This document shows, piece after piece, positions 28,203-37,529 of a stretch of 64,000 nt of DNA (position 1 is the stretch's first letter; every line of letters begins with the position of its first letter). A program made the translations under genes and the position numbers. The notes under the pieces are model-generated. The model saw only the letters and a program-made list of their open reading frames with translations, was not told the DNA's origin and did no database searches. The stretch is from Patescibacteria group bacterium (GTDB lineage Bacteria > Patescibacteriota > JABMPQ01 > JAQVVF01): positions 79-64,078 of the forward strand of contig JAQVVF010000005.1 of NCBI GenBank assembly GCA_028699085.1. Direction: 5' to 3'.

Positions 28203-29003
28203 ATGGCAAAAGAAAAAGAAGTTAAAGAAGAAAAAAAAGAAGTTGCAGAAGTTGTTGAAGAGAAAAAAGTTGCAACAGAAGAAAAAGAGACAAAGAAAGT
28301 TAAAAAAGTTGTTAAAAAACAACCTCGCAAAAGAAGCAAGAGGTATTTAGCTTTGAAAAAAGAAATTAAAAATCAACGATATTCTGTTGAAGAAGCAATC
28401 GAATTAGCAAAGAAAACATCAACAACAAAATTTGATGGTTCTATCGAAGTTCATGTCAGACTAGGAATTGATATTGGAAAATCTGATCAAATGGTCCGAG
28501 GTTCTGTAAAATTTCCTAATGCTACGGGCAGAAAGATCAAAATTGCAGCATTTGTTGAGGAACAAAATCAAGCAGCTTGTAAAGAAGCTGGTGCAGAAAT
28601 TGTTGGTGGTGAAGAACTAATCAAACAAATCAAAGAAACCAAGAAATGTGATTTTGATATTTCAGTTGCTGAACCAAAAATGATGCCAAAATTAGGCCAG
28701 ATTGCAAAGATTTTAGGTCCAAAAGGTTTAATGCCAACTCCAAAAAATCAAACTGTTTCTCCGACTCCAGAAAAAACTATTAAAGAATTAATGGGTGGAA
28801 AAACAGCTTTTAAAAATGATGCTAATGGTATTATTCATATCATGATTGGCAAAGCTTCATTCGATTCTAAAAAATTAGTTGAAAATTTAAATATTTTTAT
28901 TGAAGAATTAAGAAAACTAAAACCAGAAAAAGTCAAAGGTGAATTTATTAAGAGACTTACTGTTTGTTCCACAATGGGACCTGGAGTAAAAGTCAGAGTT
29001 TAA
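28203..29003 (+). CDS. rplA: 50S ribosomal protein L1 (charged N-terminal extension)
   Basis: KFD.SIEV, DQMVRG, LGPKGLMP.PK, STMGPG. Confidence 0.97.
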   Translation: MAKEKEVKEEKKEVAEVVEEKKVATEEKETKKVKKVVKKQPRKRSKRYLALKKEIKNQRYSVEEAIELAKKTSTTKFDGSIEVHVRLGIDIGKSDQMVRGSVKFPNATGRKIKIAAFVEEQNQAACKEAGAEIVGGEELIKQIKETKKCDFDISVAEPKMMPKLGQIAKILGPKGLMPTPKNQTVSPTPEKTIKELMGGKTAFKNDANGIIHIMIGKASFDSKKLVENLNIFIEELRKLKPEKVKGEFIKRLTVCSTMGPGVKVRV

Positions 29004-29023
29004 TAAAATATAAATTAAATAAA

Positions 29024-29046
29024 AAAAGGCTAGTAATAGCCTTTTT
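29024..29046. terminator. Bidirectional terminator
   Basis: aaaaaggcta-gtaa-tagcctttt between rplA and the convergent HD gene. Confidence 0.75.
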
Positions 29047-29049
29047 ATT

Positions 29050-29649
29050 TTAGGGTGCATTTTGTGTTTGTGATCTGATTAAATTAACAAATTCTTGGAT
29101 AGGTATATACATAATTCTTAAACCATTGAATTCTTTCAGAAAGGGCTGAATTTTTTCGTTTTCCATCCAAAAAGGTATCCAAAATTGTTTATTGCCATCA
29201 TTGATTTCTCTCAAGCAATAGAAAAGTCTTACAAACAATTCGCAAGCGCGAAAGATTCTACTCTCCATGCAATTTTCTTTTTGAATATCATAAATTAAAA
29301 GCAGTTTTTCTTGAAAATCAGCAGGTAAAAAGATAATCGCTTCTAAGAATTTTTCTCGCTCCAATCTTTCATCAGCTTCAGTTTTGTCCGGTTCTTGAAT
29401 ATCCCCAAAGCCATCCATTGCCTCTCCAAAATCATGAATTGTTCCCAAATCAGAAACAATTTCGCCATTAAACTTAACATCAGGATCGTATTTTTTGATC
29501 ATCGCTTTTGCCAGTTGAATAACAATGCCAAGCTTTATCGTATGCGCGGAAACATTTTCAAGATGTAATTTAGGAATATTTTTCCATCTTTGTTCATCTT
29601 GCAAGCCTTGTACAATTCTTACTAAACCTTCTTCAATCCGATGTGGCAT
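29050..29649 (-). CDS. HD-domain hydrolase, YfbR/HD_3-like (SD-bearing orphan)
   Basis: RW, ENVSAH, HDFGEA..GDI..PDK motifs; AAGGAGG upstream. Confidence 0.75.
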   Translation of the reverse strand: MPHRIEEGLVRIVQGLQDEQRWKNIPKLHLENVSAHTIKLGIVIQLAKAMIKKYDPDVKFNGEIVSDLGTIHDFGEAMDGFGDIQEPDKTEADERLEREKFLEAIIFLPADFQEKLLLIYDIQKENCMESRIFRACELFVRLFYCLREINDGNKQFWIPFWMENEKIQPFLKEFNGLRIMYIPIQEFVNLIRSQTQNAP

Positions 29650-29826
29650 CCTCTTCCTCCTTTTCCCTCTTGTTTTTTTCTTAATTTTTTCTTAAAATAA
29701 AAAGAACACTCAAAATATCGATGATCAAAAAAAATGACAACGATTAGTTAAATTTAACATTTATTGAATAAGGAATCAATAATATAGTTATTTTAAATTT
29801 TTCGCTTTAAATTTTAATTTTGAAAT

Positions 29827-31266
29827 ATGTCAAACAAAAACAGCTGTCAAATTTACGTGTTGGAGGGATTAACGCCAGAAGTCCGAGCAGTCACTTTTGC
29901 CAAGTGTTCGCGTTCAGACAAATCTTTCAGGGAAATTGCCGCAGGCCTAACTGCCGAGAATTCTTCAAAATTCCATGAAAAATGGGTTGTTGGTTATGGC
30001 CATTCTTCAGTTGCTGAGCATGCTCCAATTTCGATTGCTATGGAAAATATTTCACTTCTTGCAGTAGAAGCAATCGAATCAAACCGTTTGGCTTCATATA
30101 CTGAAAAATCTTCTCGTTATCAAATTTATGATGAAGATCGAGTTTATTATCCAAAAGAATTTAAGCAAGATAAAGCGATCGACAAATTATTTCGCGATAC
30201 AATAAAATTACAGTTCGCTTTATATAAAAAAAGCATTAAGCCAATTCAAGAAATTATCTATCAAGAAAATCCAAAAGAAAAAGGCGAAGATCAAAAAGGT
30301 TATGAAGGCAGAGTAAGATCAAAATGGATTGATATGTGTCGTTATCTTTTGCCAAATGCTTGTTTTGCAAATTTAGGTATGACTGCAAATGCTAGAACTT
30401 ATGAAAATGCTTTAGTCAAATGGTTCTCGCATCCTTTATCTGAAGTACAAGAAATTGCGAAACAAGTAAAAAGAGAAGCTCTAAAAATTACTCCAACCTT
30501 AGTTAAATACGCTGATCCAAATAGCTATTTAATTGATTCTTACAAAATCTTGCCTAAAAAAGTAAAAACAATTTTAGGTGCAGAGAAAAAATATCTAGGC
30601 AAAGAAATTTTAGTTGAGTTAGTTGATTTTGATAAAGATGCTGAAAGAAAAGTATTAGCTGCGGTTATCTATCAATTCTCGAATATTCCATACAAAAAGG
30701 CTTATCAAAAAGCCAAAAGTTTAAAGAAAACTGACAAAGAAAAATTATTAGATAATATTCTAAAAAGAATCGGCAAGCATGACAAGCCATTACGTGCTTT
30801 AGAGCTTCCGTATTTTACTTTTGATTGCTTGATTGATCAAGGTGCTTATGCTGATTTAAAGAGAAATCGAATCATGACTCAACTACCACAAACTGTTACT
30901 ACAAAACATGGCTATTTTATTCCAAGAGCTTTTGTTTTGGCAGGTTTAGAAAAAGAATATAAAGAAGTTATGGAAGCAACAGATAAAGCCTTTAAAATAA
31001 TTTCCAAAAAGTTTCCTAATGAAGCAGGCTACATCGCTACAAAATCATATGGCCGTAGATTTTTGATGAAAATGAATCTTCGTGAATTATACTATTTCTG
31101 CTATTACAGAGGTGCAAATCCAGGTGGCCATGTTTCGTATCGTTTTGTCGGTACAAAAATGTATGAGCAAGCTTCTAAAAAATTTCCAACTTTAATGAAA
31201 TATCTACCATACATTTTTGATATGAATAGCAAAGAATTAAATAAATATTTTGAATATATTGCTTAA
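29827..31266 (+). CDS. thyX: FAD-dependent thymidylate synthase, tandem-domain type
   Basis: GYGHSSVAEH, SYTEKSSRY, RYLLP, NAR; second domain DLKRNR, MNLREL. Confidence 0.85.
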   Translation: MSNKNSCQIYVLEGLTPEVRAVTFAKCSRSDKSFREIAAGLTAENSSKFHEKWVVGYGHSSVAEHAPISIAMENISLLAVEAIESNRLASYTEKSSRYQIYDEDRVYYPKEFKQDKAIDKLFRDTIKLQFALYKKSIKPIQEIIYQENPKEKGEDQKGYEGRVRSKWIDMCRYLLPNACFANLGMTANARTYENALVKWFSHPLSEVQEIAKQVKREALKITPTLVKYADPNSYLIDSYKILPKKVKTILGAEKKYLGKEILVELVDFDKDAERKVLAAVIYQFSNIPYKKAYQKAKSLKKTDKEKLLDNILKRIGKHDKPLRALELPYFTFDCLIDQGAYADLKRNRIMTQLPQTVTTKHGYFIPRAFVLAGLEKEYKEVMEATDKAFKIISKKFPNEAGYIATKSYGRRFLMKMNLRELYYFCYYRGANPGGHVSYRFVGTKMYEQASKKFPTLMKYLPYIFDMNSKELNKYFEYIA

Positions 31267-31271
31267 ATTGT

Positions 31272-31904
31272 ATGAACAAAAATAGTTTTATTACTAATCC
31301 ATTTAAAGGCATATTTATTGCCTTTGAAGGATTAGATGGATCTGGGTTATCAACTCAAGTTGATTTATTAAATAAATATCTCAACAAACAAGGCTACAAA
31401 AGTTTTGCTACCAAAGAGCCAACCAATAATATAATTGGTGGTTTGATTCGAGGACTTCTCACTCATATCTGGAAAGCCAGCAATGAATGTTCGCAATTAT
31501 TGTTTACTGCAGATCGCGCCTTGCATTTAGAGAAAGAAATTATTCCAGCCTTAAAAAAGAAAAACATTATTATTACTGATCGCTATTTTTTCTCTACCGT
31601 TGCCTTTGGTTCGCTAAACATCAGAGATTTAGACTGGCTTGTTTCGCTTAATCAACATTTTATCTTGCCGGATTTAATTTTCTTAATTAAAGTTCCGCCA
31701 AAAGAATGTGTTAAGAGAATAAAGTCTTCAAGATTTCATAAAGAATTGTTTGAGGAAGAGATTAAGCTTAAAAAAATTTGGCGGACATATAACAAATTAG
31801 CTAAAATATTTCCGAATATTCACATTATTGACGGAAATCGTGATAAGAAAAAAGTTTTCGAAGAAATTTTTGAAATTGTAATAAAAAAATTAAAAAAGAA
31901 ATAG
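31272..31904 (+). CDS. tmk: Thymidylate kinase
   Basis: FEGLDGSG.STQ, KEP, LF.ADR, DRY..S. Confidence 0.92.
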   Translation: MNKNSFITNPFKGIFIAFEGLDGSGLSTQVDLLNKYLNKQGYKSFATKEPTNNIIGGLIRGLLTHIWKASNECSQLLFTADRALHLEKEIIPALKKKNIIITDRYFFSTVAFGSLNIRDLDWLVSLNQHFILPDLIFLIKVPPKECVKRIKSSRFHKELFEEEIKLKKIWRTYNKLAKIFPNIHIIDGNRDKKKVFEEIFEIVIKKLKKK

Positions 31905-31960
31905 TCTGTTAATTTTTGATATGGTATAATTCTGTAAGAATATAGAATATTGTTAAATTT

Positions 31961-33457
31961 ATGCAACAAAAATTAGAAACAATCATCGGATTAGAAATTC
32001 ATGTCCAGCTCAAAACAAAGTCCAAAATGTTTTGTTCATGTGATAATAATGCAGAAGGCAAGCAACCTAATTCTTTAGTATGTCCTGTTTGCATGGCTCA
32101 TCCTGGGACTTTACCAGTTATCAACCGCCAGGCAGTTGAATGGACAGTTATGACTGGTCTTGCTTTGAATTGTGATATCCCAGAAAATTCAAAATTTGAT
32201 CGCAAAAATTATTTTTATCCAGATCTTCCAAAGGGATATCAGATTTCTCAATACGATCAGCCTTTATGCATGGGAGGATATTTCGATATTTTAGTTAACA
32301 AACAAAACAAAAGAATTAATTTGGAAAGAATTCATCTTGAAGAAGATGCAGGAAAATTAACTCATTCTAAAAATATAGGTGCAAGTCTTGTTGATTATAA
32401 TCGAGCAAGTACTCCATTGATGGAGATTGTAACCAAGCCCGATTTTAGAAGTCCACTAGAAGCTAAAATATTTTTGCAAGAACTTCGTAATTTAGTTCGC
32501 TATATTAATGTTTCAGATGCTGATATGGAAAAGGGCCATCTCCGTTGTGACGCCAATATATCTATGAGACCTATTGGGACAACAGAATTATCTGCAAAGA
32601 CAGAATTAAAAAACATGAATTCATTCAAAGCAGTTGAAAAAGCTTTGACCTATGAAGTTAATCGTCAAACAAAGCTTTGGCAAGAAAATTGTCAGCCAAA
32701 ATATTCTGCAACCAGATTATGGAATGATGATCAGGAGCAAACAATCGAAATGAGAACAAAGGAAGCATCACATGATTATCGCTATTTCCCAGAGCCAGAT
32801 TTACCGCCTTTAAAATTAGATCAAGAATGGGTCAAAGATCTAAAACAGAAATTACCTGAACTTCCGCAAGCTAAAAAAAATAGATTTATTAAGCAATTTG
32901 GCTTATCAGAAAAAGAAGTTAATCTATTAATTTCAAACCGATTAATCTCTGAATATTTCGAAGATGTTCTAACGGAAACAAGAGCTTGGGTTGATGATTT
33001 AAAACAGAAAGAAGATGATTCGGAAAAGACTTACAAGGAATTAGTAAAAGTAGTTTCTAATTGGTTAACGTCAAAATTGTTTGCTTTATTAAATTCAGAA
33101 AAAATTTCAATTTCAAATTGCAAGATAACACCAGAAAATTTTGCTGAACTTTGCGCCATGCTTTATACTAACAAGATTTCTTCATCAGCAGGACAGCAAG
33201 TTCTAAAAATAATGTTTGATAAAGGTTCTGATCCATCTCAAGTTGTTGAAGAGCAAAATCTAGGTCAAGTATCTGACGAAAAAGAATTAGATACGATTTT
33301 AGATAAGTTAATTGCTGAAAATCCAAAACCAGTTGCTGATTTCAAAGCTGGCAACAAAAATGCTTTGCAATTTTTTATCGGGTTAGCCATGAAAGAAACA
33401 AAAGGCAAGGCAAATCCAAAAGTTGTTATTGATATTCTGACCAAAAAGCTATCTTGA
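31961..33457 (+). CDS. gatB: Asp/Glu-tRNA amidotransferase subunit B
   Basis: IGLEIH, FDRKNYFYPDLPKGYQISQ, HLEEDAGK, DYRYFPEPDL. Confidence 0.97.
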   Translation: MQQKLETIIGLEIHVQLKTKSKMFCSCDNNAEGKQPNSLVCPVCMAHPGTLPVINRQAVEWTVMTGLALNCDIPENSKFDRKNYFYPDLPKGYQISQYDQPLCMGGYFDILVNKQNKRINLERIHLEEDAGKLTHSKNIGASLVDYNRASTPLMEIVTKPDFRSPLEAKIFLQELRNLVRYINVSDADMEKGHLRCDANISMRPIGTTELSAKTELKNMNSFKAVEKALTYEVNRQTKLWQENCQPKYSATRLWNDDQEQTIEMRTKEASHDYRYFPEPDLPPLKLDQEWVKDLKQKLPELPQAKKNRFIKQFGLSEKEVNLLISNRLISEYFEDVLTETRAWVDDLKQKEDDSEKTYKELVKVVSNWLTSKLFALLNSEKISISNCKITPENFAELCAMLYTNKISSSAGQQVLKIMFDKGSDPSQVVEEQNLGQVSDEKELDTILDKLIAENPKPVADFKAGNKNALQFFIGLAMKETKGKANPKVVIDILTKKLS

Positions 33458-33482
33458 CTTGATAATAAAAACCTGTTATACT
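33454..33482 (+). promoter_or_regulatory. Sigma70 promoter
   Basis: TTGACT-17 nt-TATACT with extended TG. Confidence 0.75.
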
Positions 33483-33489
33483 GCAAATA

Positions 33490-33555
33490 ATGTGTATGCA
33501 AACAATGAACAGAAAATTTCGCTTCAATCACTTCTATCTCGGAGAATTATTTTAA
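33490..33555 (+). CDS. Putative leaderless leader peptide (21 aa)
   Basis: ATG 7 nt after the -10 box; MCMQTMNRKFRFNHFYLGELF*, followed by a terminator hairpin. Confidence 0.4.
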   Translation: MCMQTMNRKFRFNHFYLGELF

Positions 33556-33562
33556 TCCCTTT

Positions 33563-33588
33563 AAAATCCGCTATCGAGCGGATTTTTT
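33563..33588 (+). terminator. Intrinsic terminator/attenuator hairpin
   Basis: aaaatccgc-tatcga-gcggatttttt. Confidence 0.75.
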
Positions 33589-33639
33589 GATACTCGTGCA
33601 CCTTCCCAATTAATAGGAAAGAAAAGGAGGAAAAAGGAA

Positions 33640-34665
33640 ATGGCAACCGACAATATGCCTCAGATGTTTTTGGAAGATGTTGGTAGTTTGGTTCACTCGC
33701 ATGACGGTCAAAATGTTTGGTTGATCAAGGATTTAGATCAGCGCGAGGAATTTGAAGAATACATGTTGCCTCATGATATTTACGTCGTTGATTTTCCTGC
33801 GCTAGGAGTTGGCCAAAGATTTCTGTTAAGTCGTCATCTTTGCGGACCTGATAAGTTTTTCATGCTTCAGCAGATTGGTCATGCAATGGCAAAAATCTGC
33901 AAAAGAACGGGAATGTTTGATGGTGAAAAGCTGGCACAATTCATTATTCTTTACGGTGGTGAAGCCTACAACATGCATTTCTGTCAGCCACCTTTGGTTG
34001 ATGGAATCATGATTGATTCGACTTATATCAAATATGAACGAGTAGAGGATAGTACTCAGCAAAATGGTTTTAGGATCGAAAAACTCGCATTCTCCGGAAA
34101 ATGGTGGCAGGACAATATCTGGCTTTGTCTTGAAGAATGCGTTGCTTCTGGCAGTACAGTTGCGCATTTTGCAAAAGAAGGATTCGTAAATCATAAACCC
34201 AAGAAGCTTTTTATTTTTCCAGCTTGCGGTAGTTTCTTTGGCATTCAAGGAATCTATCAGGCTTGTTTGGAAAACGGAGTCGAGTTTGTTCCAGTATTCA
34301 ACTCTGCCTTGATTGATGTTGCGCCTGAAGGCTTGAAGCTTCCATATACTGATCTTGGCCTGCGTCCTCGTACGATCATGACTCGTGAATTCTGTGCTGC
34401 CGCGCGCCACCGCTATCAAGACACAAGCCTTTGTTTTGTGGGTGATATTGGAGATTCAATTCATCGTACCAAAAGATATATTATGGAAACTCTTGATGAC
34501 ATGCGATTGATTGGCTTTGATTTTGAAAGAGAGGATTGGAGCCGCTGGAATCCCAATGTTTTCTCCGAATATTTTCGCCAAAAGCTTGCAGAAGTATTTC
34601 CAGAAACGAGTCAACATTTTGAAACATTCTTATTCCGCGATTCTAGATTTCTGCTTTCCAAATAA
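33640..34665 (+). CDS. Divergent type I phosphoribosyltransferase, UPRTase-like (SD-bearing orphan)
   Basis: PRPP-loop-like LEECVASGST and C-terminal VGDIGD (cf. UPRTase LGDAGD); AAGGAGG upstream. Confidence 0.6.
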   Translation: MATDNMPQMFLEDVGSLVHSHDGQNVWLIKDLDQREEFEEYMLPHDIYVVDFPALGVGQRFLLSRHLCGPDKFFMLQQIGHAMAKICKRTGMFDGEKLAQFIILYGGEAYNMHFCQPPLVDGIMIDSTYIKYERVEDSTQQNGFRIEKLAFSGKWWQDNIWLCLEECVASGSTVAHFAKEGFVNHKPKKLFIFPACGSFFGIQGIYQACLENGVEFVPVFNSALIDVAPEGLKLPYTDLGLRPRTIMTREFCAAARHRYQDTSLCFVGDIGDSIHRTKRYIMETLDDMRLIGFDFEREDWSRWNPNVFSEYFRQKLAEVFPETSQHFETFLFRDSRFLLSK

Positions 34666-34712
34666 TTTGTATACTATTATAAAACCGACTCTCATCGGTT
34701 TTTTCTTGGTTA

Positions 34713-35660
34713 TTATTTTAAAAAATTTTTAACTAATTTGTTTGCCTCATTATATTTTTCAATCCATTTTATTTTTTTATCTCTTTTAAACCAGCTTTCT
34801 TGCCGCCTAGCATATTGATGAGTATGAAATTTAATATTCTGAATAATTTCTGTTAAGATTTTTTTATCTTTAATTTTATTTAGCTTACCTTTAAATTCTC
34901 CATAACCAATTCCAGACATTGCTGGCAATTTCCAGGAATATTTTTTATTCAATTTCTTTAATTCTCTAACCAATCCGTTTTTAATCATTTGATCAACTCT
35001 TTTATCGATTCTTTTATATAATTTTTCGCGATCTACTTTAATACCAATTTGCAAAAAATTATATTTCTGTATACCTTTTTGTTGAAATTCAGAAAATGTT
35101 TTACCAGTCTTAATGCAAACTTCTAGAGCTCTAATAATTCTTCTTTTATTTTGTCGCTGTACAAAACTGGAAGCGTTATGATCAAGCTTCATTAATCTTG
35201 TCCATAATTTTTCAATATCCTGTTTTTCAAGATTTTTTCGAAATTCAAAATCAGGTGCGACTCTTGGAATCGTCAAGTTATCAACTAAAGCTTGAATGTA
35301 TAATCCTGTTCCGCCAACCAATATTGGCGTTTTGCCGCGTTTCAAAATATCATCAATAATTTTTTCAGCCTGTTCTTTAAATTCCGCAACAGAATAATTT
35401 TGATTAGGTTTAATAATATCAATCATATAGTGGTCAACATCGTCACTTACGACGATTTTTTGATTTTTGCCTTGCAACTTTTTAATTTTTACTTTTGACT
35501 TTTTAATTTTCGCAGTGCCGATATTCATGCCTTTATAGAATTGCCTTGAATCACAAGAAATAATCTCGCCATTATATTTTTTGGCTAATTTAATACCCAT
35601 TCCGGATTTACCGGAAGCTGTTGGGCCTAAAATGACGATAATTTTTGGTAATATTGACAT
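34713..35660 (-). CDS. miaA: tRNA dimethylallyltransferase
   Basis: GPTASGKS, DSRQ.Y, IGTAK, VGGTGLY, RRIIRALE, IGY.E, YARRQ..WF. Confidence 0.96.
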   Translation of the reverse strand: MSILPKIIVILGPTASGKSGMGIKLAKKYNGEIISCDSRQFYKGMNIGTAKIKKSKVKIKKLQGKNQKIVVSDDVDHYMIDIIKPNQNYSVAEFKEQAEKIIDDILKRGKTPILVGGTGLYIQALVDNLTIPRVAPDFEFRKNLEKQDIEKLWTRLMKLDHNASSFVQRQNKRRIIRALEVCIKTGKTFSEFQQKGIQKYNFLQIGIKVDREKLYKRIDKRVDQMIKNGLVRELKKLNKKYSWKLPAMSGIGYGEFKGKLNKIKDKKILTEIIQNIKFHTHQYARRQESWFKRDKKIKWIEKYNEANKLVKNFLK

Positions 35661-35717
35661 ATAGAAAATTTTGTGATATAGTGTTTAGAAATTTATGACC
35701 ACTAAGAAGGAGGAAAA

Positions 35718-36170
35718 ATGGCTCATAACAGAAAGATAGCAGCAAAAGATCGAGACAAAGTAGTTAATTTCTGTAGAGAAAAGCTACAACAGATTTTACA
35801 TTTGATTGGACTCGAGTTAGAAGTCGGAAGCTATTTCGGAAAACTAGACAAGCACGGTGCTATTATTCTGGAAATTAAAAAGAGTCAAAATAATTCTGAT
35901 ATTGGTTTAGTCATCGGTCGATATGGCATTACACTATTCGCTATTAAAAAAATATTATCAGCAGCAACAATAAAAGAATTTGGTCATGATTATTACATTG
36001 AAATTAGAGCTGACAGATTTCGTTCTCGAGATCCAGTCAATTGCGTTTCTGTAGCTCAATTCATTGGCTGGGAAGTTCTTGAAGAACCAAACATAAATTC
36101 AAGAATCACATCAATATTTAACGAAGCGAAACAAGAACTCAAAAATTATGAACATTTGCACTCTGACTAG
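35718..36170 (+). CDS. KH-domain (Jag/KhpB-like) RNA-binding protein (SD-bearing orphan)
   Basis: DIGLVIGRYGITLFAI GxxG loop; TTGACA-17-TATAGT promoter and AAGGAGG. Confidence 0.65.
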   Translation: MAHNRKIAAKDRDKVVNFCREKLQQILHLIGLELEVGSYFGKLDKHGAIILEIKKSQNNSDIGLVIGRYGITLFAIKKILSAATIKEFGHDYYIEIRADRFRSRDPVNCVSVAQFIGWEVLEEPNINSRITSIFNEAKQELKNYEHLHSD

Positions 36171-36178
36171 GCTTGCGC

Positions 36179-37435
36179 CTAGTTTTTTATTTCTCCTTGC
36201 AAAATCCAAGCCATTGCTTTAGTTATTTTTACATTAACAATTTTACCAATCAAATCCTTATCAGAATTAAATTTAACTAATTTAAAAGTTCTAGTCCTGC
36301 CAATATCTTTTTTTTCAACCAGAATTTCGCAAGTTTTGCCTAAATATTTTTTATTATTTTTCAATGCTGTTTTTCTCAAAATATCATTCAAAAAATTTTC
36401 TCTCCTTTTCTTTTCGTCTTGTAAAATATCATCTTTCATTTTAAAAGATATCGTCCCAGGTCTTGGCGAATATTTAGCTAAAAAAGCCATATCATATTTT
36501 ACTTCTTTAAATAGTTTGCAAGTATCCAAAAATTGTTTTTTTGTTTCTCCTGGAAATCCAACAATGATATCTGTTGACAAACATGCATCTGGCAAATATT
36601 TTTTGATTGATTTAACAAGCTTCAAATATTTAGCATGAGTATATTTTCGATTCATCTTTTTTAAAATCACATCATTTCCCGCTTGAGCAGGCAAGTGAAT
36701 ATAATGGCAAACCCTTTTGCAATTTTTAATTGTTTTAATCAGTTTCAAGCTCATATCTTTTGGATGTGAGGTTACAAACCAAATCCAAAAATCGCCATCA
36801 ATATCATTTATTATTTTTAACAAAGCGGGGAAGTCAATTTTCTGATTATTAAACTTTCCTGAATAGCTGTTTACATTTTGTCCAAGCAAAGTTATAGCCT
36901 TATAACCTTGTTTAATAAGTGATTTTACTTCTTTGATTATTTCCTTTACTGATCTGCTAACTTCACGACCTCTTGAATATGGCACAACGCAATAAGAGCA
37001 AAAATTATTACATCCTGTCATTATTGGCACATAAGCATGAAATTTTGTTTGATATTTTGGCTGAAATTTTAAATAATTTAATGATCCAAGATCTTGTTGC
37101 AAAGTATTTTTATTTAAAATAATATCTGGCCATTTTTGTAAATCTTTAATATCCAAAACAAAATCTGCAAAATTTTTAAATCTTAATTTTTCTTTAACTG
37201 CAGAACATCCAGTTACAATCGCAACTTGCTTATTTTTCTTGGCATTTTTTAATGTCGAAATTGCTCTATTTTCAGCTGCCTGTCTTACAGAACAAGAATT
37301 TACAATTACAAAATCAGCTAAATTTTCTGAATTTACTTTCTTGAATTTTGCTGATAATAAAACCGTCTCAATTCTTTCCGAGTCAGAAATATTCATTTGA
37401 CACCCAAATGTTTTTATAAAAAATTTATTTTTCAT
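36179..37435 (-). CDS. miaB: tRNA-2-methylthio-N6-dimethylallyladenosine synthase
   Basis: TFGCQMN, NSCSVR.AE, GCNNFCSYC, RGRE.SR, DIIVGFPGET, TRAM domain. Confidence 0.96.
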   Translation of the reverse strand: MKNKFFIKTFGCQMNISDSERIETVLLSAKFKKVNSENLADFVIVNSCSVRQAAENRAISTLKNAKKNKQVAIVTGCSAVKEKLRFKNFADFVLDIKDLQKWPDIILNKNTLQQDLGSLNYLKFQPKYQTKFHAYVPIMTGCNNFCSYCVVPYSRGREVSRSVKEIIKEVKSLIKQGYKAITLLGQNVNSYSGKFNNQKIDFPALLKIINDIDGDFWIWFVTSHPKDMSLKLIKTIKNCKRVCHYIHLPAQAGNDVILKKMNRKYTHAKYLKLVKSIKKYLPDACLSTDIIVGFPGETKKQFLDTCKLFKEVKYDMAFLAKYSPRPGTISFKMKDDILQDEKKRRENFLNDILRKTALKNNKKYLGKTCEILVEKKDIGRTRTFKLVKFNSDKDLIGKIVNVKITKAMAWILQGEIKN

Positions 37436-37529
37436 ATCTTATTAAAATAACATAAAATTTTAGTCTTGACAAGGCAAGTTAATTATCATAATATTATACA
37501 TTGTAATTTCCAGCAAAGGAGGAGAAACG

